From a virus (lineage: Duplodnaviria > Caudoviricetes): 64,000 bases of DNA. The position numbers and the translations under genes were made by a program. The number at the start of each line of letters is the position of its first letter. The first letter of the stretch is position 1. The notes under the pieces are model-generated. The model did no database searches. It saw only the letters and a list, made by a program, of their open reading frames with translations, and was not told the DNA's origin. The stretch is from IMG/VR virus record IMGVR_UViG_3300009183_004565; one strand, written 5' to 3'. This document shows positions 10,601 to 19,302 of the stretch, in pieces.

Positions 10601-11501
10601 CAGTGTTGTTACTAGTTTCAAATTTGCAGTAACTTCGGCAAACACTATTGTAGTTGGTAACGATTTGGCGTTCGGGGTAGGATGGCAAATTTCTAATTTG
10701 GATTCTACTTCAACTATACCTGCCGATACTTATATCACTGAAATTGTAGATAATACTATTACAGTATCAAATGACGTGACTGGAATAATTGGCTCTAGTA
10801 TCAAGATTAACGGATCTGCAAATGCTGATTATGCTGTTTCGACCTATTTTAGTAATATAAATGGTTCATTAAGATCTAGATTAATACGTGAATCATTGAT
10901 TGATGGAGTGCAAAGTTTTCAAAACAACGAAACTATAATTTTTGCTCAGCAAGAAAACTTTGGCGGTGACCCAACTAACGATGGATGGTTACTCGAAGAT
11001 GGTACTACTAGTATTCCGGGGTACCTAGATAAACTAAGTGGGTTAAGTACTAAAAATCAAAGATGCGGAATTTGGGCCTTTAAATTCAACTCAATACCCA
11101 CTGTTGGATTTGATAGCGATGACACAGGATTTGATAGTCCCAGCACTGGACTATTTAATGGGTACTATGATCAAAGTGATGACTCGGAAATCCATTTAGA
11201 GTTTGTACAAGAGTTAATTGTAAATCAAACTATTAAAATACGTAGCGGTAAAACATACCCGGCATCAACGCTACAATACAAACTATCCAAAAATGTATCT
11301 ATTCCTAAATATTTGCCTTTTGAAGGCACTTTGGGTAGTGATGAAACCACATTTGACGGGGGTAGCTGTTACTGTCGTGAGGGCGACGAGCGTGGTGGAA
11401 TCCGTGGTGGAACTGCATTTAGCAACAACAGAGACAAATATGAGGTTCCAGAATCATTAGATAAATATATTAAATTCCCACAGGATGGAGTATTCGTATA
11501 A
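7695..11501 (+). CDS. Large virion structural protein with Ig-like (He_PIG-type) domains, probably baseplate
   Basis: 1268 aa; repeated Y.(V/I).SG.LP.G..L...G..SG units; translationally coupled to the fibre genes. Confidence 0.7.
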   Translation: MSVITWVTAKGNLGTIPETQFYSYQLEAVDSDEQSLFYSVISGDLPGGMYVNRSTGEVRGTPSIQSTVAQSLTYAFTIRATNPNGVVADRSFSLTVSNTSGPEIFPKPDLVGAWFDGNFLDYTFQAINNNSSALQTWSILSGDLPPGTTLSPNGRLSGYVSLIAANSDELGYEANGIDNKSFDILPKSRDKYYNFTLQVTDGAKYNTLTVRVLIVSKGSYTADNLITVINNTFIKVDADNKYRPIIINAPQVSTITTLGNSLQRNDTITTVYEYPTLLAGDTFAFKMIAYDPEEASISWSADEFLFSGLDELDAAQRDTLIIGNATVGPYTLNSTPASANAISVRINGQLLIPIDDYSVSGANLTFSHYAISSINRVSNLVTVTTASHSYTANSVIKVANVANSTFNGTFTVSNVTPTTITYVQVIANASASSGTVSTYAPTINDEIEIYYIVTGSAPTGTGFDTILFDQGVEGLPAGVSIDTNTGWLSGQLPAQVEDEKIYSLTINAYRTLTPSYKSDPVTFSFKARRTINEEISWSTPFDLGYINNGSISELSIAATNTLGKELEYSLVYNPYKRIPQGLKLLSTGRFVGRVTFRYFSLDGSIGRINLLSTTNINIGMSIQGVGVAAGCEVTAIIDDNQIEVRPAIYVSQGTVLTFSDITTTTVASTSSNSISTAIDGGSTTFDQDCYFTAKAIAIDGSISSEKNFVIHISQRNLAPYENLWLKALPSKEQRLAYKNLIEDQDLFPESVLYRPDDPYFGIRKSLRIQFLSGLSPSQIATYTSAVERNHYTKVINFGDIKIARAIDANGNIVYEIVYVDAVDTQTYATAGPPLSKELNIANGYLIGNTEYKTIYPNSFTNMQYQIDNAIGYTNRGALPSWMTSVQENGQVLGPIKAIILAYVQPGAGKLVQYRLKNTPKFPAGNFSFVADRYQWENYLSKFYDVVNATFLPSRDTTFDKYPNLGQGSDSVVTSFKFAVTSANTIVVGNDLAFGVGWQISNLDSTSTIPADTYITEIVDNTITVSNDVTGIIGSSIKINGSANADYAVSTYFSNINGSLRSRLIRESLIDGVQSFQNNETIIFAQQENFGGDPTNDGWLLEDGTTSIPGYLDKLSGLSTKNQRCGIWAFKFNSIPTVGFDSDDTGFDSPSTGLFNGYYDQSDDSEIHLEFVQELIVNQTIKIRSGKTYPASTLQYKLSKNVSIPKYLPFEGTLGSDETTFDGGSCYCREGDERGGIRGGTAFSNNRDKYEVPESLDKYIKFPQDGVFV

Positions 11502-13094
11502 ATGACAAGCCAAGTTAATCCAAATAATATTGATGGTACATACCCAGTTGCAGGCCAAGACAATGACAGTCAGGGCTTTCGTGACAACTTTACCAACATT
11601 CGAAACAATTTTACATATATTAAAGCAGAAGTCGAAGATTTACAGTCCAAGGCTGTACTCAAAACTGCGTTAACTAACACTACTATAGATAACAATCTAC
11701 AAGGTAATGCTATTGTTGGTGCCAGTTTAACCAGCTATAGAGAAACTTATAACGATATTGGTAGTGTTAGCGGGTCAATTACAGTTGACTTTACTAACGG
11801 TAATTTCCAAAAAATTACCATGAGCGGGTCAACTACCCTAGCTTTCAGTTTCCCTGACAGCGCAAGCGGACAATATTCAAGCATTAAATTATGGGTATCC
11901 AATCCCAGTGCTGGATATACATTGACATTACCAAGTACATGTACACTTGGTGATCCTGACACAATTGCAGGCTTAGCAGGAACTAGTCCTCCGATCATCA
12001 CATTTAATAGTGCAGAAATTGCCAATAATACCAATTATTTGTTTGAGTTCTTCACAGTAGACAAAGGTACTACAATTGGTATTAGAGATTTAATCCGCAA
12101 CAGAGACATTGATCTAAGCGGTTTAAGTATTACCGGAAATCTAACTATAGACAATGTTAGATCTACTGGCAATGTTGTTACTACTAACGGCATTTTTTGG
12201 GCAGCGAACGGTAATCCATATGCCCCACCAGCTAGTGGTTCATTTACTGGCAATGTTACATCAACTGCTGACTTCGTCGCCACAGGCAATGTATGGGCAC
12301 AAGCAGGTCATTTTAGAACAAGTGCAAGCACAGTATTTCTGGCCAACACAACACCAACCACCGGTTTCCTATTAGGCGGTGCAACTCAAATTTTTATCGG
12401 TGCAACAGCCGGTACTTCAACGTTTGCTGGTGTAATTAAGGCAAACGGTAACATTGTAGCTTCGGCAACAACAACATCTGTTGATACTAACACCGGAGCA
12501 CTAGTAGTAAAAGGTGGTGCTGCTGTTGTTGGCGTATTAAACGTTGGTGGTAATGTTGTAGCTGCCGCAACAACAGTATCAACGTCTACTACTACTGGTG
12601 CATTAGTTGTTGCTGGTGGTGCAGGTATCGCTGGCGTAGCAGTTGTAGGTGGTAACCTTGTTGCTGCTGCAACAACTACATCGGCTGCTGCTTCTACTAC
12701 TACTGGTGCATTAGTTGTTGCTGGTGGTGTTGGTGTTGCTAGTAACATCAATGTTGGTGGCAATCTTGTTACCACTGGTGGAAGAATTAACACTAGCAAT
12801 TTCTTAGCCACTGTGGTTACTGGACAAGAACTAGTAGCCAACGTAGCATATAATACATTCATCATTGATACTGCAAGTAGTGCAACAATTGCAAATCTAT
12901 GGGTTACTATCCCAGCATCAGCAGTTAATGGTACAGAAATGGTAATCAGTACATTAGCACCATTAACTTCGTGCAATGTTCGAGCCATTGGTGGTACTGT
13001 AAAATGGGTACCAACTACTTTTGCCTCAGCTGGTAATGTAGCAATTAAGTTAATTTACAGCTCAACAAGTAGCGCCTGGTTACGATCAGCTTAA
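11502..13094 (+). CDS. Virion structural/fibre protein
   Basis: N-terminal YPVAGQDNDSQGFRDNF..I..NF; three TGALVV.GG repeats. Confidence 0.7.
   Translation: MTSQVNPNNIDGTYPVAGQDNDSQGFRDNFTNIRNNFTYIKAEVEDLQSKAVLKTALTNTTIDNNLQGNAIVGASLTSYRETYNDIGSVSGSITVDFTNGNFQKITMSGSTTLAFSFPDSASGQYSSIKLWVSNPSAGYTLTLPSTCTLGDPDTIAGLAGTSPPIITFNSAEIANNTNYLFEFFTVDKGTTIGIRDLIRNRDIDLSGLSITGNLTIDNVRSTGNVVTTNGIFWAANGNPYAPPASGSFTGNVTSTADFVATGNVWAQAGHFRTSASTVFLANTTPTTGFLLGGATQIFIGATAGTSTFAGVIKANGNIVASATTTSVDTNTGALVVKGGAAVVGVLNVGGNVVAAATTVSTSTTTGALVVAGGAGIAGVAVVGGNLVAAATTTSAAASTTTGALVVAGGVGVASNINVGGNLVTTGGRINTSNFLATVVTGQELVANVAYNTFIIDTASSATIANLWVTIPASAVNGTEMVISTLAPLTSCNVRAIGGTVKWVPTTFASAGNVAIKLIYSSTSSAWLRSA
12585..12729 (+). 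repeat. Exact 37-bp direct repeat pair within the fibre gene
   Basis: TCTACTACTACTGGTGCATTAGTTGTTGCTGGTGGTG at 12585-12621 and 12693-12729, 108 bp apart, in frame. Confidence 0.9.
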
Positions 13095-13108
13095 TTAACC
13101 AAAACTAA

Positions 13109-13137
13109 TTGACTCCTAGTGTTGCATAGTGTATAAT
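13109..13137 (+). promoter_or_regulatory. sigma70-type promoter for the mazG operon
   Basis: TTGACT (13109-13114), 17 bp spacer, TATAAT (13132-13137). Confidence 0.9.
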
Positions 13138-13158
13138 TGTGCAAACTAGGAGTTTTTT
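13112..13158 (+). terminator. Intrinsic-terminator-like hairpin that also covers the mazG RBS
   Basis: ACTCCTAGT-G-TTGCA (13112-13126) pairs with TGCAA-ACTAGGAGT (13140-13153), followed by a T run ending at ATG 13159. Confidence 0.7.
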
Positions 13159-13593
13159 ATGACTGTAGACTTGAATCGTTATTCCGAATTTGTTGGTGCA
13201 GTTACCAGCCAACCATCACGAGATCTAACCACATTTATGAATCGGTTGGATGAGCTGGACGCCAACTTCAATTACGAAACAGACACACATGGCCCAGATA
13301 TTAATGTTCCGCTATTAATCACCGGCGCACTGGGACTTGCTGCCGAAACCGGAGAGTTTTGCGAGATACCCAAGAAAATGTTGTTCCAAGGTAAACCGTT
13401 AACCGAAGAAAACGTATTTCACATGAAACGTGAACTGGGTGATATCATGTGGTACTGGATCAATGCTTGTCGTGCATTGAACCTAGATCCCAATGACGTT
13501 ATTGCAGAAAACGTAAATAAACTTATGAGCCGCTACCCCGGCGGACATTTTGATGTACACTACTCCGAAAACAGGAGAGAAGGAGATTTGTAA
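13159..13593 (+). CDS. mazG: MazG-like NTP pyrophosphohydrolase
   Basis: GLAAETGEFCE..KK and ELGDIMWY...N..KL..RYP dimeric dUTPase/MazG motifs. Confidence 0.85.
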   Translation: MTVDLNRYSEFVGAVTSQPSRDLTTFMNRLDELDANFNYETDTHGPDINVPLLITGALGLAAETGEFCEIPKKMLFQGKPLTEENVFHMKRELGDIMWYWINACRALNLDPNDVIAENVNKLMSRYPGGHFDVHYSENRREGDL

Positions 13594-13829
13594 TGCACCC
13601 ACTTGTATCCGACTTATCTAATTTATCCAATGAAGATTTGCATAAAAAATACAATGAGTTAATGGCCAAGATGAATCAAGCATATCGTTCAGGACCCACA
13701 AGCATAATCCCACAGATGCAAATGATTATAGAAAACTATCGCTATGAAATGGATAAGCGTAATCGTAAAACACTAGAAGAGATGGAAGCCAAGAACGACA
13801 AACTCAAAGGAATAATTGATATCAAATGA
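13593..13829 (+). CDS. Hypothetical protein (coiled-coil)
   Basis: 78 aa, TAATG-coupled to mazG. Confidence 0.65.
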   Translation: MHPLVSDLSNLSNEDLHKKYNELMAKMNQAYRSGPTSIIPQMQMIIENYRYEMDKRNRKTLEEMEAKNDKLKGIIDIK

Positions 13830-14344
13830 AGTACGATAAGTTTGGTCAGGCATACACAATCACCAATCAACTTTGCGAAATATTGTACCAACAGCCCGAT
13901 GTTGACATTGGTAAATTTTTTGTAGAAGATTGGGATCAGTACAACAGCGCAGTTCGTGACACTTATGCTGATCTTCCATTGGTTGGAGAATATCACCCTT
14001 GCCCACCCAATTACGATGTTGATATGTTTCATCAAACTCAACAAAGTTTGTGGCACATGCCCGAAGAATATTTGAGTTTAGATATTGCACAATGGGTGTT
14101 GGGTCAATGTAAAACACAACAAGAATTACAACGTGTAGGCCAAGAATTACTATTGTACCAAGAAAGAAATTTATTTAACTTACTACGACAATTAAAATAC
14201 GTAGTGGATACATGGCGTACCAATAATATAGTTTGGGGAGTTGGTAGAGGTAGTAGTGTTGCTAGTTATGTGTTATACTTACTAGGTGTTCACAAAATTA
14301 ACAGCATATATTATGATTTAGATATTGAGGAATTTTTGCGGTAA
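13826..14344 (+). CDS. DNA polymerase III alpha (DnaE)-like fragment
   Basis: ELLLY...L.YVVD.WR..NIVWGVGRGSSVASYVLYLLGVHKI......L..EEFLR matches the DnaE GPGRGS...FERFL segment; ends before the catalytic DxD. Confidence 0.8.
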   Translation: MKYDKFGQAYTITNQLCEILYQQPDVDIGKFFVEDWDQYNSAVRDTYADLPLVGEYHPCPPNYDVDMFHQTQQSLWHMPEEYLSLDIAQWVLGQCKTQQELQRVGQELLLYQERNLFNLLRQLKYVVDTWRTNNIVWGVGRGSSVASYVLYLLGVHKINSIYYDLDIEEFLR

Positions 14345-14366
14345 ATAGGAACATAGGAGGCTATAC

Positions 14367-14771
14367 ATGAAACGAGTTTATACTACAGCAAATGGCAAAA
14401 AGATTAATATTGATGCCATTATTGCTACTAACGAAGATACTATTGCAGTAGGTAATATGCGAGTAAACGCTAGAGGTGATCAATTAGGGCCTGGCGGTGT
14501 TGTGGAAATGTCAAAAAGTCAAGTAATGAGTGAGTATTACAAACTAAACACTCCAGTTGCTGTTGATACTCCACTTGAACCTCATAAAAAACCTGTTCGA
14601 AAAGAACTAACTGACGATTGGGTCGAGCCTGTTGCAGAAACTGCTACTCAGGAAATCGTCGAAGAAGAAGCACCACGATCAACCTTGCGTGGAAGTCTAG
14701 CAGCATCAGTGTCAACAAATCAATTACCAGTAGCGCCAACTGCTAAAAAAACTGGTCCATCAAGAATCTAA
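14367..14771 (+). CDS. Hypothetical protein
   Basis: GGAGG RBS and TAAATA upstream; 134 aa. Confidence 0.65.
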   Translation: MKRVYTTANGKKINIDAIIATNEDTIAVGNMRVNARGDQLGPGGVVEMSKSQVMSEYYKLNTPVAVDTPLEPHKKPVRKELTDDWVEPVAETATQEIVEEEAPRSTLRGSLAASVSTNQLPVAPTAKKTGPSRI

Positions 14772-14783
14772 AGAGAGGAATCA

Positions 14784-15206
14784 ATGGCAGTCTCAAATCC
14801 GTTTGATCAAAAACGTGGATATCAATTTGGAATAGAAATAGAAGGTGAAATCAAACCGTTGCATGACAGTGTTATTGTCACCGACATGGACTTCAATGAT
14901 CGTAAATTGGCCAGTGGAATACTTTTGCTCGGCGACGACGGAAAGACGGATGGTATCCGTCCCCGGTGGTCAAAAGTATATGCCATTGGTCCAGAACAAA
15001 AAGATGTTCAAGTAGGGCAATGGATACTAGTCGAACACGGACGATGGAGTCGTGGTCTCAAGATTGTCAAGGATGAAGAAGAGTTTGTTATACGTCGCGC
15101 AGATCCTGAAGCAATCATCTTTGTCTCTGATGATGAACCCGAAGATATAAACACCATTTCAACCGCAGTACATGCAGAACGCAAACGTAGAGAACAATAC
15201 GAATGA
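14784..15206 (+). CDS. groS: GroES-like co-chaperonin
   Basis: IKPLHD.V.V......SGILL.......V.AIGP...DV.VG..IL pattern. Confidence 0.75.
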   Translation: MAVSNPFDQKRGYQFGIEIEGEIKPLHDSVIVTDMDFNDRKLASGILLLGDDGKTDGIRPRWSKVYAIGPEQKDVQVGQWILVEHGRWSRGLKIVKDEEEFVIRRADPEAIIFVSDDEPEDINTISTAVHAERKRREQYE

Positions 15207-16003
15207 TAACAACATTACCTTTTAGAACAGGTCACAAGTTGGACCTGGATGAGTACGGCTGGCCTGACCAGAGTTGCTACTGGTTTGAAATGGATCATCA
15301 ATATGAACAAGTGCCTGATTTTAAAACTATCTTTGATTACTATATTGTTAAAAATCATTGGAGCCAGTGGATCAAGCCCGGAATGACTTGTATTGATATT
15401 GGTGGGCATTCAGGAGATACTGCTATACCCATGATGACACAATGTCGATCAACTGTGTTGACTGTGGAACCCAATCCTGTTGTACTGCCTTACTTGAAAT
15501 TCAACTGTGGCGTTAACACACATCTAGGTCGATTTGTTGTTGCTACCGAAGCTGTTACAAATCAAAATGCCGATGGCCTCACATTCAAAGATCATCAAAA
15601 TGGTATGTGTAACGGTGGCCTAGTTGGCGAAACTTGGGATGCTGAAACCACTGCCAGGATGCAAGGTATGAGTGGCGAAAGTATCACAGTGACCGGTATG
15701 ACACTAGAAACAATGTTAACCAAATATCTAACTGCAGAAGAAATTGCAAAGATTGGATTTATTAAAACTGACACTGAAGGCCATGACATAGAAATCATTC
15801 GCAATATTCGTGATATTCTAGTAAAATATAAACCTGTGCTGTTCACTGAGTGGTTCGCTCAATATAGTGCAGCAGACACAGCAGAATTATTTAAAGTAAT
15901 AGACGAAGCAGGATACGCAGCATTCAACCCCGAAACAATGGAACCAGCAGACCCTAGTGTTCGCTGTGAAGATTTGGTTTGCTTACATCAAGATAATCTA
16001 TGA
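15203..16003 (+). CDS. FkbM-family methyltransferase
   Basis: CIDIGGHSGD, VEPNP, FIKTDTEGHD.EI motifs. Confidence 0.85.
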   Translation: MITTLPFRTGHKLDLDEYGWPDQSCYWFEMDHQYEQVPDFKTIFDYYIVKNHWSQWIKPGMTCIDIGGHSGDTAIPMMTQCRSTVLTVEPNPVVLPYLKFNCGVNTHLGRFVVATEAVTNQNADGLTFKDHQNGMCNGGLVGETWDAETTARMQGMSGESITVTGMTLETMLTKYLTAEEIAKIGFIKTDTEGHDIEIIRNIRDILVKYKPVLFTEWFAQYSAADTAELFKVIDEAGYAAFNPETMEPADPSVRCEDLVCLHQDNL

Positions 16004-16923
16004 AAGAACTTTGGACTGAGAAATATCGCCCATCAACAATAGATGGGTATGTATTCACTGACCCTGGCCAACGTGAACAAATTGAATACTTTATCAAGGA
16101 AAAAAGTGTTCCGCATTTACTGTTCACTGGTCCAGCTGGTACTGGTAAAACAACATTGGCTAAAATTCTAGTTAACAGTTTGGACATTGATCCGTATGAC
16201 TTCCTACAAGTCAATGCCAGCCGCGACAATGGTGTAGAATTTCTTAAAAGCAAAATTGAAGGCTTTGTTAGCACAATGCCATTTGGTGATTTAAAAATTG
16301 TACTATTAGACGAAGCAGATTATCTGTCACACAATGCACAGGCTATTTTGCGTGGCTTAATGGAGACATATCAAAGCCAGGCTAGGTTTATCTTAACTGC
16401 AAATCTAGCACACAAGATTATTAATCCACTAAAGAGTCGATGCACACAAATTGTAATTGATAAAACAGATCAAACAGAGTTTACTGCTCGTGCTGCCACG
16501 GTGTTGGTCACTGAAGGTGTAGAATTTGATCTTGACACCATTGATAGTTATGTTAAAGCCACGTATCCGGATCTACGTAGTTGTTTAAAACTTTTACAAA
16601 GTAATAGTGTAAGTGGTGCGTTAACTATTTCTAAAAGTGCCGGCGATGCTAGTACTATGGACTATAAACTAGGAGTTGTGGAACTATTTAAGAAAGGTGA
16701 CTTAAGAGGGGCACGAACACTACTATGTACTCATGCCACTGCCGATGACATGGAAGAGATCTTTACTTGGATGTATCAGAATTTGGATTTGTGGTCGCCT
16801 ACACCAGAAGGGCAAGATGAGGCAATTAAAATTATACGCAAAGGTGCAGCTACGCATTCGTTAGTAGCAGACTTTGAAATCAATCTTTCGGCAACCTTAG
16901 TAGAACTTAGTCAAATATCATGA
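16000..16923 (+). CDS. Clamp loader small subunit (RFC/T4 gp44-like AAA+)
   Basis: W.EKYRP, GPAGTGKT, NAS, LLDEAD, SRC motifs. Confidence 0.92.
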   Translation: MKELWTEKYRPSTIDGYVFTDPGQREQIEYFIKEKSVPHLLFTGPAGTGKTTLAKILVNSLDIDPYDFLQVNASRDNGVEFLKSKIEGFVSTMPFGDLKIVLLDEADYLSHNAQAILRGLMETYQSQARFILTANLAHKIINPLKSRCTQIVIDKTDQTEFTARAATVLVTEGVEFDLDTIDSYVKATYPDLRSCLKLLQSNSVSGALTISKSAGDASTMDYKLGVVELFKKGDLRGARTLLCTHATADDMEEIFTWMYQNLDLWSPTPEGQDEAIKIIRKGAATHSLVADFEINLSATLVELSQIS

Positions 16924-17288
16924 AAACTAAATCAATTTATCTTGTAGCACATTACGTAACTAGACCAAAGAATCCCAAGATGACACATATCGCAGGTTAC
17001 ATGAAAGATCCTGCTAATCATCAATACGACGAACAGGTTCAAGTCAGCACAAGGCTGCGTTCAAAAGATATCACTGGTGCTAAGATCATCATGAATCTCA
17101 GTGAGAAGCAGGTACAAACAAATGTGTTTAACGGTAATAAAAACTTTGACGAATTGTTTAAGTATTTCTTTAAAGGCTATCACAAGTATATCACCGACGT
17201 AATGGTTCAACTTGATGCAGAATATTTCAACAAAATGCTCGATGAAATGCAAGCAGAGGAGAAGAATGAAGAAACTCAAACACAGTGA
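16920..17288 (+). CDS. Hypothetical protein
   Basis: 122 aa, ATGA-coupled. Confidence 0.65.
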   Translation: MKTKSIYLVAHYVTRPKNPKMTHIAGYMKDPANHQYDEQVQVSTRLRSKDITGAKIIMNLSEKQVQTNVFNGNKNFDELFKYFFKGYHKYITDVMVQLDAEYFNKMLDEMQAEEKNEETQTQ

Positions 17289-17589
17289 ATCCGGCGACCG
17301 AGGATGGTTCGTAGGTAACTTTCCTGAGGCTGTTATACAATCAGAACATTTTGAAGCCTGTTGGCAATCTAATCCAGCTGGTAAAAAAGATGTTCCGCAC
17401 TACCATTTAAAAGCCACAGAACTACAGTTAATTACTCGAGGTCGTATGATAATTAACAATGTTGAGTTTGGTGTAGGTGATATTTGCGTACTAGAACCTG
17501 GGGAAGCATATTACGCCGAATACGTCGAAGACACCGAAGTTTTCGCCATTAAAACTCCCAGTGTACCCGACGATAAATACTATATATGA
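17266..17589 (+). CDS. Cupin-fold protein
   Basis: GWFVGNF...PHYHLKATE.QL...G.M......GDI....PGE; ATG 17266 after GAGGAG. Confidence 0.7.
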   Translation: MKKLKHSESGDRGWFVGNFPEAVIQSEHFEACWQSNPAGKKDVPHYHLKATELQLITRGRMIINNVEFGVGDICVLEPGEAYYAEYVEDTEVFAIKTPSVPDDKYYI

Positions 17590-17822
17590 ACCCAAAATTG
17601 TTTAAGGCCATGCGGTCTAAGAAGAAACGTGCTGTCGATCCTGACGCACCGCCGCGCCCCAATCTAATGACACATCAAGTAAAATTGCGTGATCAAGACG
17701 CTGTTATCAATATGTTGTCCGGTGATGTACATAGGTTAAAAGATACTATACAGCGTCTTGAGAATAAATTAAACAATCAAACCAATTATCTACAAGCATT
17801 ACATTCAAAACTTAAAAAATAA
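17586..17822 (+). CDS. Hypothetical protein (basic N-terminus, coiled-coil)
   Basis: 78 aa, coupled to neighbours. Confidence 0.6.
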   Translation: MNPKLFKAMRSKKKRAVDPDAPPRPNLMTHQVKLRDQDAVINMLSGDVHRLKDTIQRLENKLNNQTNYLQALHSKLKK

Positions 17823-18326
17823 ATGCCAACACTTTACTTAGATATGGACGGAGTTGTAGCTGACTTCGACGAATACGCTGCTCGCACCTTGGGTGTTCCA
17901 CCTAGTCAAGGAATCTATCCCGACGAAACATGGTATAAACTGGCAACTAATGCTAGACTATATCGTGACCTGATTCCAACACCTTATGCCAGTCAATTGG
18001 TTTATCAGTGTGAACAGTTTTGTAGTAAAAAACAATACGACCTTAAATTTCTAACTGCAGTGCCAAAAGGTAACGATGTACCTTGGGCATTCTATGATAA
18101 AGTGTATTGGGCTCGTAATTACTTTGCAACTATACCTGTCATGTTTGGTCCTTTTAGCAAAGACAAACATGTACATTGTCAGCCTGGTGATATATTAATT
18201 GACGATCGGCGAAGCAATATCGAAGAATGGCGTAACTCTGGTGGTATAGGTATATTGCATAAAGATTATACAGATACCATTAATCAACTTAATGTTCTCT
18301 TCCCGCAAGTTTCGTTGCAATTATAA
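17823..18326 (+). CDS. HAD-family 5'(3')-deoxyribonucleotidase
   Basis: LYLDMDGVVADF, FLTA, K...GDILIDDR motifs. Confidence 0.85.
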   Translation: MPTLYLDMDGVVADFDEYAARTLGVPPSQGIYPDETWYKLATNARLYRDLIPTPYASQLVYQCEQFCSKKQYDLKFLTAVPKGNDVPWAFYDKVYWARNYFATIPVMFGPFSKDKHVHCQPGDILIDDRRSNIEEWRNSGGIGILHKDYTDTINQLNVLFPQVSLQL

Positions 18327-19285
18327 ATTTTTCCTTCTAGAACAGTCTTACTCCAAGTACTTTCAATTTGATTGAACCATGCAATTGCGTGTTCTATTCC
18401 GTAATCAAAACTATTGTTTTCTTTGACTAACGGACGTAATTGATACATACTAGGGTTTCCTTTTTTACTCAATGGGTAGAACCCTAGCCAACAACAAGGA
18501 TAAACTTCACCATTTGCTGCTATATAAATTTCACGATTTTTATTCGAATAACAGTCTATTTCTCTTTCTTGTACTTTGATCTTTTTTAGAATACTGCCCG
18601 GATCACTAATAGAGTGCTGATACTGATTGTATAATGTTTCATAGTCGGTGGGCCCTTGGTAATTGCCTATTACGTGACTAAGTTGTTTATCTCTAGTAAA
18701 GACTACAGTTTTATCTCTACCTGCATCAACTAGTTCAAATCTCTTAAATCCCATTGCTTTAGATAATATTTCGGCTTGAGATATCTGATGCTTGTTATGA
18801 TCAAATTTAATCATTGCCCATACAGCACGGCCTCCTGCTTGTATAAACTTTAATGCATTCTCCAATATTAATTCAAAGTTTGTATATTGTCTGTATAGAT
18901 GATGAGTATCTGCCAATCCATCAATTCTAAACTGAACTTCTACTCCAAGCTCACCCAATCTACGCCATATATGTGGGCGCCCACTAGCATTGGTACTAAT
19001 ACTAATTTTTAATTGTGGATTTACAGCAACAAAGTATTCAATAATTGACAAACCATCCCGGGCCGTGATGAAATCACCATAGTTGCCGTTAATTAATATT
19101 TGATCAAGTTGTTGTAAAAAAGGAACAGTAAAGATTTTTTGAGCTTGCTCTAAGCTCATATCACAAACAGGATAGGTGTCTACGATATCTACACCACGAA
19201 AATTTCTTGGACATTCAGGACACGCCGCATTGCACCTAGTTGATATTTCTAAATGAACACGGCGGATCTCAGAATAACTTAGCAT
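18284..19285 (-). CDS. Radical SAM protein with C-terminal SPASM/twitch-like domain
   Basis: CNAACPEC (CxxxCxxC), NGNYGD, C-terminal C...G.VYPCC...C.ETC. Confidence 0.85.
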   Translation of the reverse strand: MLSYSEIRRVHLEISTRCNAACPECPRNFRGVDIVDTYPVCDMSLEQAQKIFTVPFLQQLDQILINGNYGDFITARDGLSIIEYFVAVNPQLKISISTNASGRPHIWRRLGELGVEVQFRIDGLADTHHLYRQYTNFELILENALKFIQAGGRAVWAMIKFDHNKHQISQAEILSKAMGFKRFELVDAGRDKTVVFTRDKQLSHVIGNYQGPTDYETLYNQYQHSISDPGSILKKIKVQEREIDCYSNKNREIYIAANGEVYPCCWLGFYPLSKKGNPSMYQLRPLVKENNSFDYGIEHAIAWFNQIESTWSKTVLEGKIYNCNETCGKRTLS

Positions 19286-19302
19286 TCAGTATTTACAATG
19301 AT

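Noticed and set aside
12585-12729. 37-bp direct repeats as a CRISPR array
   Set aside because: Only two copies, in frame within a CDS, non-palindromic, and no cas genes
12386-12988. 200-aa minus-strand ORF (also 6567-7121, 30275-30742 and other antisense ORFs in the track)
   Set aside because: Antisense shadows of Gly/Ala/Val/Thr-rich or well-conserved plus-strand genes, with no start signals or motifs
3314-13094. Diversity-generating retroelement acting on the fibre genes
   Set aside because: No reverse transcriptase and no TR/VR pair differing only at adenines in this window
13826-14344. DnaE fragment as a frameshifted pseudogene
   Set aside because: The sequence after its stop is a separate gene with its own SD and shows no PD.D.D continuation in the ORF-track translations; the ORF looks like a discrete gene
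16000-16923. Eukaryotic giant virus or archaeal origin suggested by RFC plus PolB
   Set aside because: Shine-Dalgarno sites, sigma70 promoters, coupled operons, bacterial IF-1/ErpA/ClpA and a peptidoglycan lysis cassette indicate a bacteriophage
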